Positions 47,201 through 56,873 of a stretch of DNA of 64,000 nt are shown one piece after another. Made by a program: the position numbers and the translations under genes. Position 1 is the stretch's first letter, and each line of letters starts with the position of its first letter. Under the pieces are notes generated by a model. The model searched no databases. It saw only the letters and a program-made list of their open reading frames with translations, and was not told the DNA's origin. The stretch spans positions 1-64,000 of the IMG/VR virus record IMGVR_UViG_3300009425_004205; one strand, given 5' to 3'. Source of the DNA: a virus.

Positions 47201-50200
47201 AGGGGTTGGTTGATTTTGGAATACCGCCAGAGAGAATTTCAGATGCAAACGTTTCTGGGGATACTGTATCGAGCTTGGTTACTGATATATCAAACGTGCT
47301 TACCCCTTCTGAACTTTGTTCTATGCTATCCGGCACTCCGCTACCTAATACGATGGAGTATGTCCAGGGACTAATTAGAAATAGCCACCCCGAGTTGATA
47401 TCTTTCTTTCCCAATCAGGATGATACAGCTAGATTTTTCGGCACGCTTGGCGGCATGCTGGATCCTGAAATCTGTGAGAAGATATCAAGAATTCCAGATT
47501 CTATAGTCGCAAATCGGATATGCCCAGAGACAGACACAACCCTCAGGGATGCCCTGCTCACAGACGGAGCCTCTCCATCTGCCATAAGAAGCGCACTGGA
47601 TATAGCGAAAGCAGATGCTGAAAGAAGAGCCGCGGCATTTAAGAGTTTGGCCAGCGAAAACCCACTAAAGAAAGCAATACCTAATCCTCTGGACTTTTCG
47701 GATCCGAATGCGATAATATCTGATTTGCCTCCAGCTTTCGCTAATCAGATTAAGACTGCGTCGAGAGCGCTCTTCAGTATACCAAAATCATCTTTTCTGA
47801 GGGAGGTGGTTGGGTTTATTCCTGCACTATATGATACAAATTCAAGATCTTTACGACAAGGCGATGCTGAATTTAACTCTTTTCTCCGCATAAAAGCTGA
47901 AGAGGCAATAGAAATATTTACTTTATTTGAGGGAAGCCAAGGCCTCCTGGCTGGAGACATGTATGATAGATACCGGGCGAGAGAGTCACTATACAAAAAG
48001 TTTATTTATAAAATAGCTAGATACGAGCTTGACGAGAATGGAAATCAAGTAAGGATAAGAGTATTTGGATCGGACTTTTCAATACCCAAGATAATATCTG
48101 CAAATTTGAACCCGAACTTCGCTGAACTATCCGAGGCAGAAAGAATCAGGGAGCTTACTTCTAAGGGATTTTGGAAAGTTGAGGAGGGCAGGATAGACGG
48201 CTGGTTAGCACTCAATAAAGAGAATGATAATTCGACTTTGGGGCTCGCTCCACAAGAAACTGATCCCGACACTAAATCCGTAGCACCATCGCTATCGGCA
48301 ACCATGGCATCGAAAACAAAATCTCCTGATCCTGAAGAGAACCCCCCTCACGCCCTCGCATCACCGGGCACTGTAACAAAACGAAGAGACTTAGAAAAAA
48401 TAGAAGCTGCAACAACGCTCCCTGGCGGCCAAGAGGCAATTGCAGAATTCGAAAAGGTGCTAATAGAGGACATACAGTCAAGAATAATGGAATTGAGGGA
48501 TGACATTTTAAGAGATTTGGAAGTGAACCACAAACAAAGAACAGAAGCCGTGGTTGCTCCAACAATTAAGTCTTTTTTCCTGAAATCTGAAGAAATAGCG
48601 AGGGAAAGAGAGGATCCCGAATCCGAGATAGAAAAGGGAAACTTTTACTGGGAATCTTCAGGTGAAGGAGAGTCTTTTATTATGAGGATACCGATACCAG
48701 GTTCTGCCCCCCCTCCGGCTTTTGGTATTGTCCGCGAGGGAGAAGAAGATACAAATGCTAGGTTAGTGTATACTGATTTGCCTGGCAATGGGCTGCCTTA
48801 CTATAGTTTGTCGATATATGATGGAATATTGACTAAGAAAACAACCATATATAGAGAATGTGATGTTTTTTCCGAGGAAATGAAAGAGAAGATAGGGGAA
48901 CTTCCAGCTGGAAGAAATATTCGAAGTTGGACATTCTCAGGACTCATGCACGATATGTATTCTAGAGAAATGGAAAGGTACGGGTTTCCGTTCGACTCAA
49001 GAGAGGGCTCTATTGATAATGAGGCTTTAGCTAGCTTTAGAGAGTCAGCCCATGACGTGCTATACAAGCCTGCAACAGAGGCGTTTTATGAGGAGATATT
49101 TGATCAGTTATCTGGAAGTCCTATCTTCGATATATCGGAGCATCCAAAATTGGACTCAAACATAAGAGGCAAAACGATTATAGATGCTGAGACAGGATGC
49201 ATAAGAATACAGAAGGGTATGATAGATTTTGAGCAGTTTGTGGAAGAAGCCGTAAATGCAGTTGCCGCCGAGTTTAAGAAGCCGGAAAACTCATTAACAA
49301 AAATAGATTACTTGAAACCGGGCCCCTTCGAAAAGGGTATGATGGCTGCTTTAGTTAGTTTGCTGATAGATGTGTTCTTGATAGAATTTGCTCTTAGGGG
49401 TAGCATATCTTTCTCCTCGTTTAGTGCCAAGAAGCTGTTTAAGGACAAAAACATGCAGAGCTATTTAATAGACTTTGTCAATGCTTCTTTAGAAAAGATA
49501 ACTATCGTGCCTAATTTAAAGGATACCTTTTACGCAGAAATAAAGCGACTGACTAAGCTAGAAGATTCTTCTTCTGCCTTGTTCGAGATTCTTAAGACAA
49601 GGTTGTATCAAAAAAGCGAGTCCATAGATATAGAAGGCTTGTCAAAAAGGGAAAAGACAACTCCAGAATTAATAGACGAGGTATTTGGTACAAAAATTGA
49701 GTCTCCTTCTGTTAACTTTCTTACGAGAATGAACAGGAGGGATGTTCCACGTCTAAGTACCTCCAACGGCGTCACCGCCCCCGAACCACAGCTGCTTCCT
49801 GATGTAGAAAATATTAAGAGAAAGGGAGATTTCTACTTAGAGGGTTACGTAAGGGTAGAAGGCATAGGAGCCAAAAATACATTTGAAGATGTTGAATTGA
49901 GCACAATAAATCCAGAAACTGAAGTAGATTGGCTTGACGATGCAGCGACAAGGATAGAAGGCATGAACCAGTTTGCTTCAGCTGGTATTACGGCAGAGGC
50001 AATAAGAAATAGAGTCGATGAGCTGAGAACTATGGACGCCCTCGCTGGTGCAGCCGATGATAATTATACTAAGAACGTTGGCATAGATATAAATGAGGAT
50101 ACTGTTACAGACAGCACACCTATGGAATTGGCTAACATAGGCGAAGTACAGGAATTTATAAATTCTGCATATAAATCAAGTTTTGATGAAGAATTGTGTG

Positions 50201-53200
50201 ACATGGTTGGCGCAGTCTTTGACGAAGACGAACAAGCGTCTTGTTATATGATGCCGAAAACTTCTTATAGATTCCCAACCAGGTTTATAAAGAGGAACAG
50301 GAAGTACTTGAGGATAAATCGAGGAATTGCAAATGCGGAATTCAACGATGATGCCGAAGTTAAGGGAATATTCTCTCTTGCTGGGAACTCAAAAGCGACA
50401 ATTGCTCAAAGGGTGACTAGTCTCCAATCTCATCACCATTCGCGAAACCAAGATATGAGAGTGCCAGATGAGGTGCATTATTTTGTGGTACCAGCAGACT
50501 ATTGCCAAGTCCGCGCGGACATTGAGGGCGCGGATAGTGAATCCTTTAATAAAACATATCAAACACACGTATCGAGCCCCATGAGCGATGAGGCGAAAGC
50601 AGCACACACTCAGACAATTCATGAAACAATCTCAACCTTGCCAATAAAGTCATATGTAGAGCAGGTATATCCTATGGATAAGATTACAATCCATGGCATG
50701 CCAGGGGGCGATAGTCCAGGCGAGGCTGTCTTGGAAAAGTGGATGCAATCTATAATTCCAGCAACAGGCACGTACGTGGAAAGTGTCACTGCAGATAACT
50801 CTAGTTGGAATGGGTACCCCCTTAAGGAAGAACTCCGGACAAACGAGGAAGATTTCCCCAAGCTAGAAAGAGGGCTTTGCATGGGCAAGGTTCAAATGAA
50901 AGGCCCATCCGGCGATCTAATTGGAAAGCCCCATCACCCACTTGACCCTTCTGCGCCATGGATGATGTCGTCAAACAGCGCACTGATGGAAGCAGGCGCT
51001 TATCTTGGAAACTTGTCAAATGCTGGGCTAGATAATCCCGGCAACTTTTTTAATGCTTTCTTGAATGGACAGGTTAGAGGTGCTTCACCTCCAAACGAAA
51101 CTCGTTTGATGGACAACATAAGGTATTCTTTATCGTCAGGCGAAAGATCCCTTGCGACTGCCACTTGTGTGTGGGAAGAGTGGACAGAGTATATTGTATA
51201 TGATGACATGTTCACGTTTAAGAACCCCGGTGAATCTTTGCACCATCCAGATGAAATGCCCCGTATTAAGAGCACGCTGGCTTCTATCCCCAGCGGGCCC
51301 GCCGGACACCCTTATGATAAGACATTAGCCGGCCGCCGTATTGGCAGACCCATGGGCTATAGTCCATCTGGGGTAGAGAACACAGAAGAGCTTGATACAA
51401 ATCATTATGCAACTCCAGTAAGGGTAGTCATCACGAGGGTGGATTACAAGCTTAGAGGTAAGGAAGAGGATGGTACTAGTGCCGACATTACTTTGGATTC
51501 TGAATTCTTTGCAAAATACGATTTACCCGAAACATTGCAATGTCCAGTTATTGTGGATTCTTCCGGATATTCGTATCTAAACAAAGGAAGGAAATTTGCA
51601 CTACAGCACGGATTGAATTCTCTAGTTGATGAACATCTAGATATAAGAGGCTTAGAATTAGCCTTAGCCGGCGCAGGTATAACAGAGGAAGAGGTGCAGT
51701 CTATAATTGACATTGGAGTTTCTACTGCCGGTGAGGATGACGAACTCAGAGGAAGGTACAGTGTTGTATACGACGTATGGTTAAAAAGAACACTAATAGG
51801 ATATATCAGGGCAACCATAGCTGAATCAAATCCGGACTGTTCATCCGAAGACGCCGGCATCGCCGAAGATTGCAGCAATTATTACAGAACAGCCATTCCT
51901 GCACCGAGAGAAATCAGTGGACGTCAAGTTCCGTATTGGGAAGAAGCGTGGTGGGGAAATCAGAGGGTAAATTTAACCTTGACTACCGTCAGAAGCGACT
52001 CTACTAATGACGGCCAAGGGCCCGGCAATGTACGAAGTATTAATAATGTTAACGTAAGCCCATTCAGCAGCGGGGCATATGAGCAATTAGTAGAGGTAGC
52101 AACAAGAAGATTGCGGAATTTCCTGAACGGCTTTGTTCGGGGGAATCGTAAGTCCACCGCCGGCGCAGGCGGCGCAGGCACGCCTGCGATTACTGTTTCT
52201 AAGGTATATTCTGCTGCATGTTTACATGAGTCTGTGATTAGGGGCTGGGTGCCACCTATGGCTGCTGCATCCCACGCTGGCCAGATTCCCGCTTCTTGTA
52301 ACTTTTCCACAACAACATCTGAATACCTACCAGAACAACATTCAGGCATTAATAGTGATAAAGCAAATGGGATGTATCTGAGAGGCTCTTGGGCATTAAA
52401 CAAAGGTGTCGCCGCGGCAGCCATTCCGCTTATCACTCGCAGCGGCAGAATTAACTTATTCGATGAGCAAGATAAAACTTCTTTTATCGCATTTATTGAA
52501 AATTATCTTGGTGAGTGGGTGGACAAAAGAAGGTACGAATCGTTCTGGGGAAGGACATCTAGTCCATGGTGGCTTCACGGCGGTCCCGGCTACTGGCCAG
52601 CATCTAGAAGAAGGAAATCAATCTCTGCCAGGACTATTAAATATGACACAATAGGCCTGTCCAAATATTTCGATGACAACATACATATTGGATCAGGGGA
52701 ACTCCTATTGAGTTCTCCGATCGGCGCACCCGTTGAGAATATCCTCGGCCAGACGCATTCTGGCAGAATAAGCCCTCCCGGCAATATCCCCGAATTGTAT
52801 TCTGGTGGTGCTCTATCACTGCACGATGTAGGCAACGCGGAGCTTACTTGGCCGGATATGGCGATCATTTTGCTGCCCGGCCGCGACGGAGCCGTTGTCG
52901 GCCGCGTCGCGCTGGGGCGAGGTGCCAACCCCCCCAAGCCGATAGGCTGGCCACACAGGACTGCGGAGCGTGACTCAATAAGATACTTTCCAGATATTTT
53001 TTACGGGGGAGAGTCTCCAGAGTTATTGCCAGTTGAGGACACCGGGAGAAGAGTTGAATTTAATCTGGTTGATAGCAATCCTATGAGTTTGGACTCTGGA
53101 AATATGGGCGAAGATATAATATTTGCTGACGATCGCCATGAAAAAATACCAGACCCAGAAAAAAACTGGAATATGGATGTGAGAGAAGTCAGCACATCCA

Positions 53201-54594
53201 GAGGGGTTATACTTGAATCGCTTAGTAGGAATAAGATGGTAAGTGAGAATCCTTTTGTATCTTTCGCAAAGAGTTCTGCCGTTATGACAATAATGAGAGG
53301 GGAAGAGAAAGAAAGACAATTTTGGGATGGACTTAGGGCACTAGCTACACCACATAATGCCGGCGCTCCACAAGGAGTATTCGAAGAATTAAAGATGAAT
53401 TTGCAAGAAGCAATGGAAGGGAGACTTAAGTACCTGTTTACAAAAACGAAGTATACCTTTGGGGTTAGGTTGGTGTACGTCTTGCCAGAAGCCGCAGCGC
53501 GCAACGGTAATATCACTCGACATATGGCGCAATTGATAACGAATCCGAGATCGGTGATAGCAAAAGAGGAGAGGACATATAGTTCTTTTAAAATCAAAGA
53601 CGAGAATACGGATGAACCGCCCGTCGAAGCTATAGCGATACCAGTAGCATACTACGAAGCAGCTCCGCTAGACTTTGGTTGTCAGGATTTCAAAAAAATT
53701 ACCACACTCTACAACTCGATGATGCCGGATATGATTAACGAACTGGTATCCTCTGAGGAATACGACACGTTGACTGGAGTGGTTTTCCCTCTCGAGAGAA
53801 TCAGTGCAATGTCCTCGATATACTCCATTATGGCTTTGTCATCAAAGCCAGAGCTTGAAAGCATGTTTCGGGGAACGAAAGATTCTATAGCACGGCTGAT
53901 TCAAACTATGACAACCCGTCCACCATTCGGCGAAGTTGTCAAGAATATTGATGGCGCTGATTTGCAGCATGTTATCATGGGGCATATGACACCCGAAGGC
54001 CCCTCTTTGCCTGAATCTCTCATGGACGACTTTGGTAGCTTTATAGAAGATTTAATAACGAATGCCCTTCTCACGCCGCCTTATTTAATAAGATCTTTAG
54101 GTATGTCCATGGATCCGGCAATGAAAGATATGCAAAAAAAGGTTATGAGTTGCGAGGTAAAGAGTTTAGACTGGGGAGGAATTAGCTCCACTGCCTTAGA
54201 TGGAAAGATGGACAAGGGTGTCAATAGGAATCATGAATATGCTCCTGTTAGTACTGCTTTTCCTATCGACTTATTAAGGGGGATGCTCCCGTTTGTACCC
54301 TTCTTAACACCGGACTTTTTTGAAGCATTGTATAAGTTTAGTAATTACCTCATAAAAGATAAGCCCATGCCCAGCATAAGCGCTGGTAACAACAATAGTA
54401 ACTCCAGTGCTGCAGCAAATTTGGCAAGGAAATCGAAAGATAGGTACGGTACCTTCTTAGGTCCATTCGGCATGCTAGGCTTAGGTATGCCGGCAATGCC
54501 AGGAGAGGCTGGAAAGGCAGAAAGGAACGCATGCGACAAGCCGACTGATAAGGAGAAAGCAAACCCAACAAAAGAATGCCCAGAAGACGAATGA
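44209..54594 (+). CDS. Giant (3461 aa) virion/baseplate-associated protein of unknown function
   Basis: Uninterrupted ORF between the spike-like and gp25-like genes; the N-terminus has a PG-binding-like pattern (FDAKLKAALETYQ...GVIGEAT). Confidence 0.8.
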   Translation: MANIFNIKVQVKPPSGGREKPTYRVVKFNPGYILKSSGFEILIFKHLLGQVVPQDSYSVAERGFFGSKKTRTSPSRSANQKLGMEDGFKFDAKLKAALETYQLNNRDSIVEYGRNVLNWERVGNDTNAQPDVQNQTISGTSEGFSRELGVIGEATMAVMHGYRDISTPHFYNNGFGDVPRRMVFEGKMSNTAVEDPPKRNSDLHQATQYVRTRAEDMSDVADDKTASGGDISVIALRELGSPPPTSDTKPWEDEKYIYVYVDTEYTRKKPPDFSKPPPTGSNDRRTWREYIEIKEIEALRKVYKYYAKAFTWGPLNVLNDDPRIIDVWGAKIKETSKITIDPSGDAMLWRLLEERTPIGSASLPLISTLEDNHGFVPPGLKPGDVYRIKFSIWKKKMLFGSSTSAAAMSVSDAIYNGRLMYEQAIDYIDAAGEFLEDPHAALHALSGDTRQMMDNAEKAVKDKVSSVVRNASKNKKKLIRNAWKRGIREQERRGADAKWAASEKMGALLETASEETTFPARKTYEVRTFKKYIKAVATKMREFSKELHEWQAGAGPKGKLKDAGGFYPPIDMDLEARNLESVIGAMERIVEKNGFEFKDKFGSKLAIDFLETKNEKGQITGAQIFGYIKFISPVSDNYEARVVAQFGYNPDKPEVTGSFGDPSDPKDATPNRNHPFNTSEEDKLNTTLLSKLSEDYQVGASKGIWANARTMAYLLHLEEMYSFINRPASSTFSTCDEINTPKAIPFVTRYTLPKPGIKPRTPDGYKKRQEASGLFGSGTSDSLDRVSRKLNTSELKLLSSIKRTSDIITEKAMITSENKDNIIKVERGKTYDINDILPLGELCTLEEVWQKFIKTFDFKALMCEYAQCVPAIPWPIEFKWDFDFDFEWPKIPTFDIYVIYPIILMALAEMMIRMLCTIVMKLLDMIKFPNCDEIFDAAMYGIANLYEEIQNHDDGSEAYFTTHQIDPSRPASGIDKEFLKLLRKQEPKQMAAQAKLLKGLVDFGIPPERISDANVSGDTVSSLVTDISNVLTPSELCSMLSGTPLPNTMEYVQGLIRNSHPELISFFPNQDDTARFFGTLGGMLDPEICEKISRIPDSIVANRICPETDTTLRDALLTDGASPSAIRSALDIAKADAERRAAAFKSLASENPLKKAIPNPLDFSDPNAIISDLPPAFANQIKTASRALFSIPKSSFLREVVGFIPALYDTNSRSLRQGDAEFNSFLRIKAEEAIEIFTLFEGSQGLLAGDMYDRYRARESLYKKFIYKIARYELDENGNQVRIRVFGSDFSIPKIISANLNPNFAELSEAERIRELTSKGFWKVEEGRIDGWLALNKENDNSTLGLAPQETDPDTKSVAPSLSATMASKTKSPDPEENPPHALASPGTVTKRRDLEKIEAATTLPGGQEAIAEFEKVLIEDIQSRIMELRDDILRDLEVNHKQRTEAVVAPTIKSFFLKSEEIAREREDPESEIEKGNFYWESSGEGESFIMRIPIPGSAPPPAFGIVREGEEDTNARLVYTDLPGNGLPYYSLSIYDGILTKKTTIYRECDVFSEEMKEKIGELPAGRNIRSWTFSGLMHDMYSREMERYGFPFDSREGSIDNEALASFRESAHDVLYKPATEAFYEEIFDQLSGSPIFDISEHPKLDSNIRGKTIIDAETGCIRIQKGMIDFEQFVEEAVNAVAAEFKKPENSLTKIDYLKPGPFEKGMMAALVSLLIDVFLIEFALRGSISFSSFSAKKLFKDKNMQSYLIDFVNASLEKITIVPNLKDTFYAEIKRLTKLEDSSSALFEILKTRLYQKSESIDIEGLSKREKTTPELIDEVFGTKIESPSVNFLTRMNRRDVPRLSTSNGVTAPEPQLLPDVENIKRKGDFYLEGYVRVEGIGAKNTFEDVELSTINPETEVDWLDDAATRIEGMNQFASAGITAEAIRNRVDELRTMDALAGAADDNYTKNVGIDINEDTVTDSTPMELANIGEVQEFINSAYKSSFDEELCDMVGAVFDEDEQASCYMMPKTSYRFPTRFIKRNRKYLRINRGIANAEFNDDAEVKGIFSLAGNSKATIAQRVTSLQSHHHSRNQDMRVPDEVHYFVVPADYCQVRADIEGADSESFNKTYQTHVSSPMSDEAKAAHTQTIHETISTLPIKSYVEQVYPMDKITIHGMPGGDSPGEAVLEKWMQSIIPATGTYVESVTADNSSWNGYPLKEELRTNEEDFPKLERGLCMGKVQMKGPSGDLIGKPHHPLDPSAPWMMSSNSALMEAGAYLGNLSNAGLDNPGNFFNAFLNGQVRGASPPNETRLMDNIRYSLSSGERSLATATCVWEEWTEYIVYDDMFTFKNPGESLHHPDEMPRIKSTLASIPSGPAGHPYDKTLAGRRIGRPMGYSPSGVENTEELDTNHYATPVRVVITRVDYKLRGKEEDGTSADITLDSEFFAKYDLPETLQCPVIVDSSGYSYLNKGRKFALQHGLNSLVDEHLDIRGLELALAGAGITEEEVQSIIDIGVSTAGEDDELRGRYSVVYDVWLKRTLIGYIRATIAESNPDCSSEDAGIAEDCSNYYRTAIPAPREISGRQVPYWEEAWWGNQRVNLTLTTVRSDSTNDGQGPGNVRSINNVNVSPFSSGAYEQLVEVATRRLRNFLNGFVRGNRKSTAGAGGAGTPAITVSKVYSAACLHESVIRGWVPPMAAASHAGQIPASCNFSTTTSEYLPEQHSGINSDKANGMYLRGSWALNKGVAAAAIPLITRSGRINLFDEQDKTSFIAFIENYLGEWVDKRRYESFWGRTSSPWWLHGGPGYWPASRRRKSISARTIKYDTIGLSKYFDDNIHIGSGELLLSSPIGAPVENILGQTHSGRISPPGNIPELYSGGALSLHDVGNAELTWPDMAIILLPGRDGAVVGRVALGRGANPPKPIGWPHRTAERDSIRYFPDIFYGGESPELLPVEDTGRRVEFNLVDSNPMSLDSGNMGEDIIFADDRHEKIPDPEKNWNMDVREVSTSRGVILESLSRNKMVSENPFVSFAKSSAVMTIMRGEEKERQFWDGLRALATPHNAGAPQGVFEELKMNLQEAMEGRLKYLFTKTKYTFGVRLVYVLPEAAARNGNITRHMAQLITNPRSVIAKEERTYSSFKIKDENTDEPPVEAIAIPVAYYEAAPLDFGCQDFKKITTLYNSMMPDMINELVSSEEYDTLTGVVFPLERISAMSSIYSIMALSSKPELESMFRGTKDSIARLIQTMTTRPPFGEVVKNIDGADLQHVIMGHMTPEGPSLPESLMDDFGSFIEDLITNALLTPPYLIRSLGMSMDPAMKDMQKKVMSCEVKSLDWGGISSTALDGKMDKGVNRNHEYAPVSTAFPIDLLRGMLPFVPFLTPDFFEALYKFSNYLIKDKPMPSISAGNNNSNSSAAANLARKSKDRYGTFLGPFGMLGLGMPAMPGEAGKAERNACDKPTDKEKANPTKECPEDE

Positions 54595-54610
54595 TATTTT
54601 TTATAGAATT

Positions 54611-54618
54611 CTATTTAT
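54611..54618 (+). promoter_or_regulatory. Putative late promoter motif CTATTTAT
   Basis: Intergenic, upstream of the gp25-like gene. Confidence 0.5.
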
Positions 54619-54639
54619 TTTAAAGAGAGGTGTGGTGAC

Positions 54640-55044
54640 ATGTCAGGAATATCAGCAAAGCTACCGCTTAGAATGAGTGAAGAGGATGGGGCTTATCTTC
54701 TAAACAAAACCCTAGGGGAGACAGTCAAGCAGAACTTTAAGATGCTTTTGTTAACAATCCCAGGTGAAAGAATGATGGACATTGAATTTGGTATAGGATT
54801 GCAAACATTTCTATTTAATATGAATAATTCAGAAACCTATAGTGCAATTTCGGCAAAGATACACGAGCAAGTAGCTAGATATATGCCCTTCATAAGCGTG
54901 AATGACGAATATTTTGGACCAACGGACGATGAGATTTATTCGTCTCCAAATTCTGTGGCAATAAGAATAAGTTATAGTATCCTATCAACGGGAGAAGAAG
55001 ACTCATTGTTGTTAACTTTGCCTCAAAAGAATATAGAGTTCTAA
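54640..55044 (+). CDS. Baseplate wedge subunit, gp25/GPW-like
   Basis: VKQNFKMLLLT.PGER.M..EFG.GL..FLF. Confidence 0.9.
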   Translation: MSGISAKLPLRMSEEDGAYLLNKTLGETVKQNFKMLLLTIPGERMMDIEFGIGLQTFLFNMNNSETYSAISAKIHEQVARYMPFISVNDEYFGPTDDEIYSSPNSVAIRISYSILSTGEEDSLLLTLPQKNIEF

Positions 55045-55048
55045 TTAG
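55041..55048 (+). promoter_or_regulatory. Putative late promoter motif CTAATTAG
   Basis: Overlaps the gp25 stop, upstream of the gp6-like gene. Confidence 0.45.
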
Positions 55049-55076
55049 TAATACAGTTAAGAGAGGATAGCACTTT

Positions 55077-56873
55077 ATGGGAAAAAAGAAAATAGTTCCA
55101 ATTGATTATACAAGTAGAGATTTCTCCTCCATAAAAGAAGATCTTCTAACTTATGTGAAGAGATATTACCCAGACACTTACAAAGACTTCAACGAAGCCT
55201 CTTTTGGTTCTTTGATGCTTGACACTGTCTCTTACGTGGGGGACATGCTGTCGTTTTATTTAGATTATCAAGCGAACGAGTCCTTCATGGAAACTTCTAT
55301 TGAATACGAAAATATTATCAGGCACGCAAAACAAATGGGCTACAAGTTCACAGGAGCACCCATCACTTATGGAGAGTGCAGCTTTTATGCCTTAGTACCT
55401 GCCCTTGAGGGGACTGTGATGCCAGACATGAAATATATGCCGACACTTATGCTTGGCACTGAAGTCTCAACGAGCGGTGACGTTCTTTTCACTTTGAATG
55501 AGAATATTAATTTCGCAAATTCAGAAAATGAAATCGTTGTAGCAAAAGTGGACACTTTTGGTGCTCCCACTTATTTCGCTGTCAAGGCACATGGCCAAAT
55601 AGTTTCTGGCCAGCCAAATGAGGAGATAATCGAAGTAGGAGAATTCACTAGATTTTTGAGAGTTGAACTGGCAGCTGCTAACATAGGGGAAGTAACCTCT
55701 GTTTTTGATTCTGCTGGTAATGAATACGTCGAAGTCGATTACCTCTCTCAGGATACTATATACAAGGAGATAGTAAATAGGAGTACTTTTCGGGACTCTG
55801 TACCGAGCATTATGAAAGCCTACTCTGCCCCTCGCAGGTTTGTTGTGGAGCATGAGAGGAACACCACATATTTACAGTTTGGTTACGGCTCAGATTCGGA
55901 GTTGAAGTCTGATTCTGTCATCGAGCCTAGTGAAGTTGTTTTGAAAGTCCATGGAAAGAATTACATAACTAACACTTCTTTTGATCCTAAAAATCTGACG
56001 TCAACAGACAAGTTTGGCATCGCCCCATCGAACACAAATCTTTTAATATCTTATAGAAGAAACACAACCGGGAATGTTAACGCTTCTGCCGGCTCCATCA
56101 CTAAAGTAGTAACTCCGATTTTATATTTTCCGGAAAGAAGCTCACTTGACTCTTCTATAATAGAATATATTTCTAGGAACATTGATGTTACAAACGAGGA
56201 GCCAATAAACGGACATGTTACTCTCCCGACTACTGATGAAATAAAAAGACGGGCAATTAACTCTTTTGCTACTCAAAGCAGGGCAGTGACGAAGCAGGAC
56301 TATGTTACTGCAACGTACTCTATGCCATCGAAATTTGGAGCTGTTAAGAGGTGCGCAATATATAGAGACAAGGACGAGCTTAAAAGGAATTTAAATCTCT
56401 ACGTGGTGTCAGAGGGCACCAACAGCCAATTGGTGAAGACAAATTCGGCTATTAAAGATAATTTGAAGACGTGGTTAAACGAAGTCAGGATGATAGGGGA
56501 TTCCCTAGATATACTAGATACGAAAATAATTAATATAGGTATAGAATTTACAGCCATAGCAGAAGACGGTAGGGACAAGTATGGTGTTTTAAGTCTGGCA
56601 ATATCTGATTTATCAGAAAAACTCACAAACATACATAGAGACATCGGCGAAGCATTTTATGTGACAGATGTTTTTAAAATACTAAAAGATGTAGAAGGTA
56701 TTTTGGATGTGGTAGACGTCAGGCTAGTAAACAAGGTTGGAGGATCACATTCACAGACGGATCTTTCCATAGATAGGAATTTATCCTCAGATGGCAGATA
56801 TCTGAATGTACCACATGATTCGATATTGGAAATTAAATATCCATACAGTGACATCCAGGGAGTTATATCGTAA
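55077..56873 (+). CDS. Baseplate wedge subunit, T4 gp6 / baseplate J-like
   Basis: DYTSRDF..IK..L, DFNEAS.G...LD..SYVGD.LSFY.D, LQFG.G, RAVTKQDY. Confidence 0.9.
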   Translation: MGKKKIVPIDYTSRDFSSIKEDLLTYVKRYYPDTYKDFNEASFGSLMLDTVSYVGDMLSFYLDYQANESFMETSIEYENIIRHAKQMGYKFTGAPITYGECSFYALVPALEGTVMPDMKYMPTLMLGTEVSTSGDVLFTLNENINFANSENEIVVAKVDTFGAPTYFAVKAHGQIVSGQPNEEIIEVGEFTRFLRVELAAANIGEVTSVFDSAGNEYVEVDYLSQDTIYKEIVNRSTFRDSVPSIMKAYSAPRRFVVEHERNTTYLQFGYGSDSELKSDSVIEPSEVVLKVHGKNYITNTSFDPKNLTSTDKFGIAPSNTNLLISYRRNTTGNVNASAGSITKVVTPILYFPERSSLDSSIIEYISRNIDVTNEEPINGHVTLPTTDEIKRRAINSFATQSRAVTKQDYVTATYSMPSKFGAVKRCAIYRDKDELKRNLNLYVVSEGTNSQLVKTNSAIKDNLKTWLNEVRMIGDSLDILDTKIINIGIEFTAIAEDGRDKYGVLSLAISDLSEKLTNIHRDIGEAFYVTDVFKILKDVEGILDVVDVRLVNKVGGSHSQTDLSIDRNLSSDGRYLNVPHDSILEIKYPYSDIQGVIS

